In this document: piece after piece, positions 61,808 to 64,000 of the stretch | How positions within the stretch are numbered: position 1 is the stretch's first letter | Layout of the letters: each line of letters opens with the position of its first letter | Assembly (NCBI GenBank): GCA_030390025.1 | Contig: CM059432.1 | Span: 14,200,001 to 14,264,000 of the forward strand | DNA from: Squalus acanthias | Lineage: Eukaryota | Length of the DNA stretch: 64,000 nt | Direction of reading: 5' to 3' | The notes under the pieces: model-generated | Seen by the model: the letters and a program-made list of their open reading frames with translations, nothing else | Told to the model about the DNA's origin: nothing | Databases searched by the model: none | Translations under genes and position numbers: made by a program

Positions 61808-62934
61808 GCTGCTTGCCGATGCCTCCGTTGGGGAAGCCCTCATTCCAAGCGGGGAGAGGGTCTTCCAAGGAGGTCCCACAGTTGAGAGATAGAAGCTGCA
61901 GCATCTCCGACTTCGGTAGGCCTGCTAAAAGTGCTGAAAGACCTTTTAAAGCAAAGTTCTGGCACCTGCAACTAATCCCTGATGCAAGCTCCGTTTTAAT
62001 GGTGGAGCTGCAGCTGTGAGGAGGCCACCCACTTGTCAACCCGCCAGGTTTAGCTGGCATGGTTTAGGAGGGTCGTGGAATATGCTGGAAATGTGGAAAA
62101 ATAACGAGGGTCTCTCAAAATAGGATTAGAGAGGCCCTTAACGACCATTTAAGGCTCTTAACAACCTCTTTGGCCTGCTGGAGGCGGGACCGTTTCGCAC
62201 CCAGCAAAACCGCCTCTGGCAAAATTGCACGGAGGCGGGTTGGAGGCGGGTTCCGAACCCGCACTCATTTTTTGCGATTTTCCCACCTATCCCGCCTCCA
62301 AACCCGCCTCCTCGGGGCTGGGAAAATCGCCCCCCACATTTCCAATAATGCAGCACTCCTTCAGTAATGCACTGGCGTGTTAGCCTAGATTATGCACTCT
62401 GGTCTACTGTGGGCTTGAATTTAGAATTGCGGGTATTGTGTATAATTATGGTATATAACACATTGGCTTGCTGTCTGGGAACCAAAAATGAATCTTTTTG
62501 CCTCTGACGTTGTTTTGCTAACTCCAGCCCATCTGTCTCCTCATGTTCTCCTGGCAATCCCTTTCCAAATTTTCCTGCAGACTTATTTGCAAGCACTTTA
62601 TTTAAAACCAGTATTCTTGATGCTACCTGGGGCAAACCCTGCCAGTAAGGGAACTTTTTTAATTACATAACCAAATTTAACAAAACTTTAAAATACTGTA
62701 TGCATTTTATGTCAATGCTTGACATTTTTTCCTCCTGCAGTTCTCCTCTCACTTTCCTCCCCAAATCCCTGACAGTACATGTGGACCATAGTTCTATTAA
62801 AAGGCGGGCCCTCTTGTATCTCAGCCAGTATTCATTCTTCATGGCTAAGCCGACAGCAAGCTATTTGGGGGCGAGGCATTGCAGGCAAGTGCCCGATTCC
62901 ACCTTTAGCTGGTAGTCACACGCAAGCACCTTCT

Positions 62935-63067
62935 AATAGGAAACTTTTTCAGGGCTTTGGAGAAAGAGCAGGGGAGTGGGACTGATTGGATAGCTCTTTC
63001 AAAGAGCCAGCAAGGACACGATGGGCTGACTGGCCACCTTCTGTGCTGTATGATTCTATGATTCTAA
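62935..63067 (+). mobile_element. CR1 3' tail
   Basis: GGGGAGTGGGACT..GATTCTATGATTCTA. Confidence 0.75.
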
Positions 63068-64000
63068 TAGGAGTCAGTGGGTAGCAAGCTTGAGTGGGAA
63101 CCCTGACTGATTTTTCTTTCCCTAGCCAGGGGCCACTGCAGCCAAATCAGATCAGCCAACTCAAGAACCAGGAATCATCTAGGACCTTCTTGTGTGGCTC
63201 AGTGTCATGCCACACAGCACCCGTGAGAAAGTTTGTTATTTAAATCGGCACTACTATATATTTACTGAACTTAATGAAGGTTGAAATTAAATGTTTAACG
63301 AGTGTACCTACATTTTGAATAATTATAATCAAGAAATTCATTTCAACACACAGAAAATATGAAATGTAAAAGTGCAGCGAGAAAGCTAGTGAGGCAAAAG
63401 AGATTAAAACACACTCATTTCAAGAGTACTAAATAAAACATTTTTCTTACAGTTTCAGACCATGTTTATTAAATATTCACTCTATTTCTGATTTCCATTT
63501 CCTGCATTCACAATAAGGTGGAAACATTATTCTCGCAAGGAAACTCATTTCATTTGATATCATTGCAATGTGTCATCGGTTTGTGTTTGCTGATTATACT
63601 GAAACAATCCATTTTATGGTTTGGAAGTCAAGCTGGGCGCTTTGTAATCAGAATTACTAGGTGCTATGTTGGATAACATTTGAATTGTAGGGAATTTATT
63701 ATAAAAATAAGTAATATCACTTCCTTCCGTTCACCGGGTTGTAAGCGGAGGAGTCAACAACTTTAACCAGAAATTCTGAATTTTTACAACACAGTAAAGG
63801 TGGTGCAAAAGACTTCTCTGAGTTTGCAAATGCGTGATGTGATGATATCATCTGACTTGTAAAAACGTTCAAGGTTTGAAAAGGAAGGCTGGTCATTTCT
63901 AAAGATAACCCGTGAACACTTGGAAAGCAGGGAAACCAGTCTATTCCTAATCAAATAGGTGGTACAGTGGACCATTATAAGGGGGGGGGGTCAGGATGGA

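Larger units (their letters stand above)
59858..62334. mobile_element. PIF/Harbinger transposon, second family (transposase plus truncated Myb gene)
   Basis: Perfect 13-bp TIR GGGGGCGATTTTC / GAAAATCGCCCCC; TSD CAC. Confidence 0.93.
59600..62430 (-). mobile_element. Old Deu-SINE split by the Harbinger element (59600-59857 and 62335-62430)
   Basis: The two flanks join into the SINE sequence seen in other copies. Confidence 0.65.

Noticed and set aside
63784..63975. Short ORFs in unique DNA at the right end (also 62390..62635)
   Set aside because: No recognisable homology and no consistent splice-phase chain

Overview
Repeat-dense vertebrate genomic DNA, most likely from a cartilaginous fish (inferred from the mix of Deu-domain tRNA SINEs, abundant CR1 LINEs and Penelope-like fragments). 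Most of the window is nested transposable elements and no host gene can be identified with confidence. Main contents: (1) an ~8.5 kb provirus-like LTR element (49432-57976) with a 4-bp TSD, tRNA-Lys PBS, coiled-coil/CCHC gag, an in-frame UGA-CGG gag-protease junction and an env-like membrane-protein tail, but no recognisable RT, RNase H or integrase; (2) a solo LTR (9336-10291) with similar termini; (3) a PIF/Harbinger community of two TIR-bounded two-gene elements, three ~870-bp non-autonomous copies and several older Myb/SANT and transposase fossils, each family with its own subterminal motif; (4) Penelope-like fragments carrying minimal hammerhead ribozymes of two families; (5) dozens of CR1/L2 3' fragments and two SINE families that share 3' tails with LINE families. 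Weak splice and promoter signals hint at minus-strand host exons. LINE boundaries are approximate, and all counts and alignments were done by eye.
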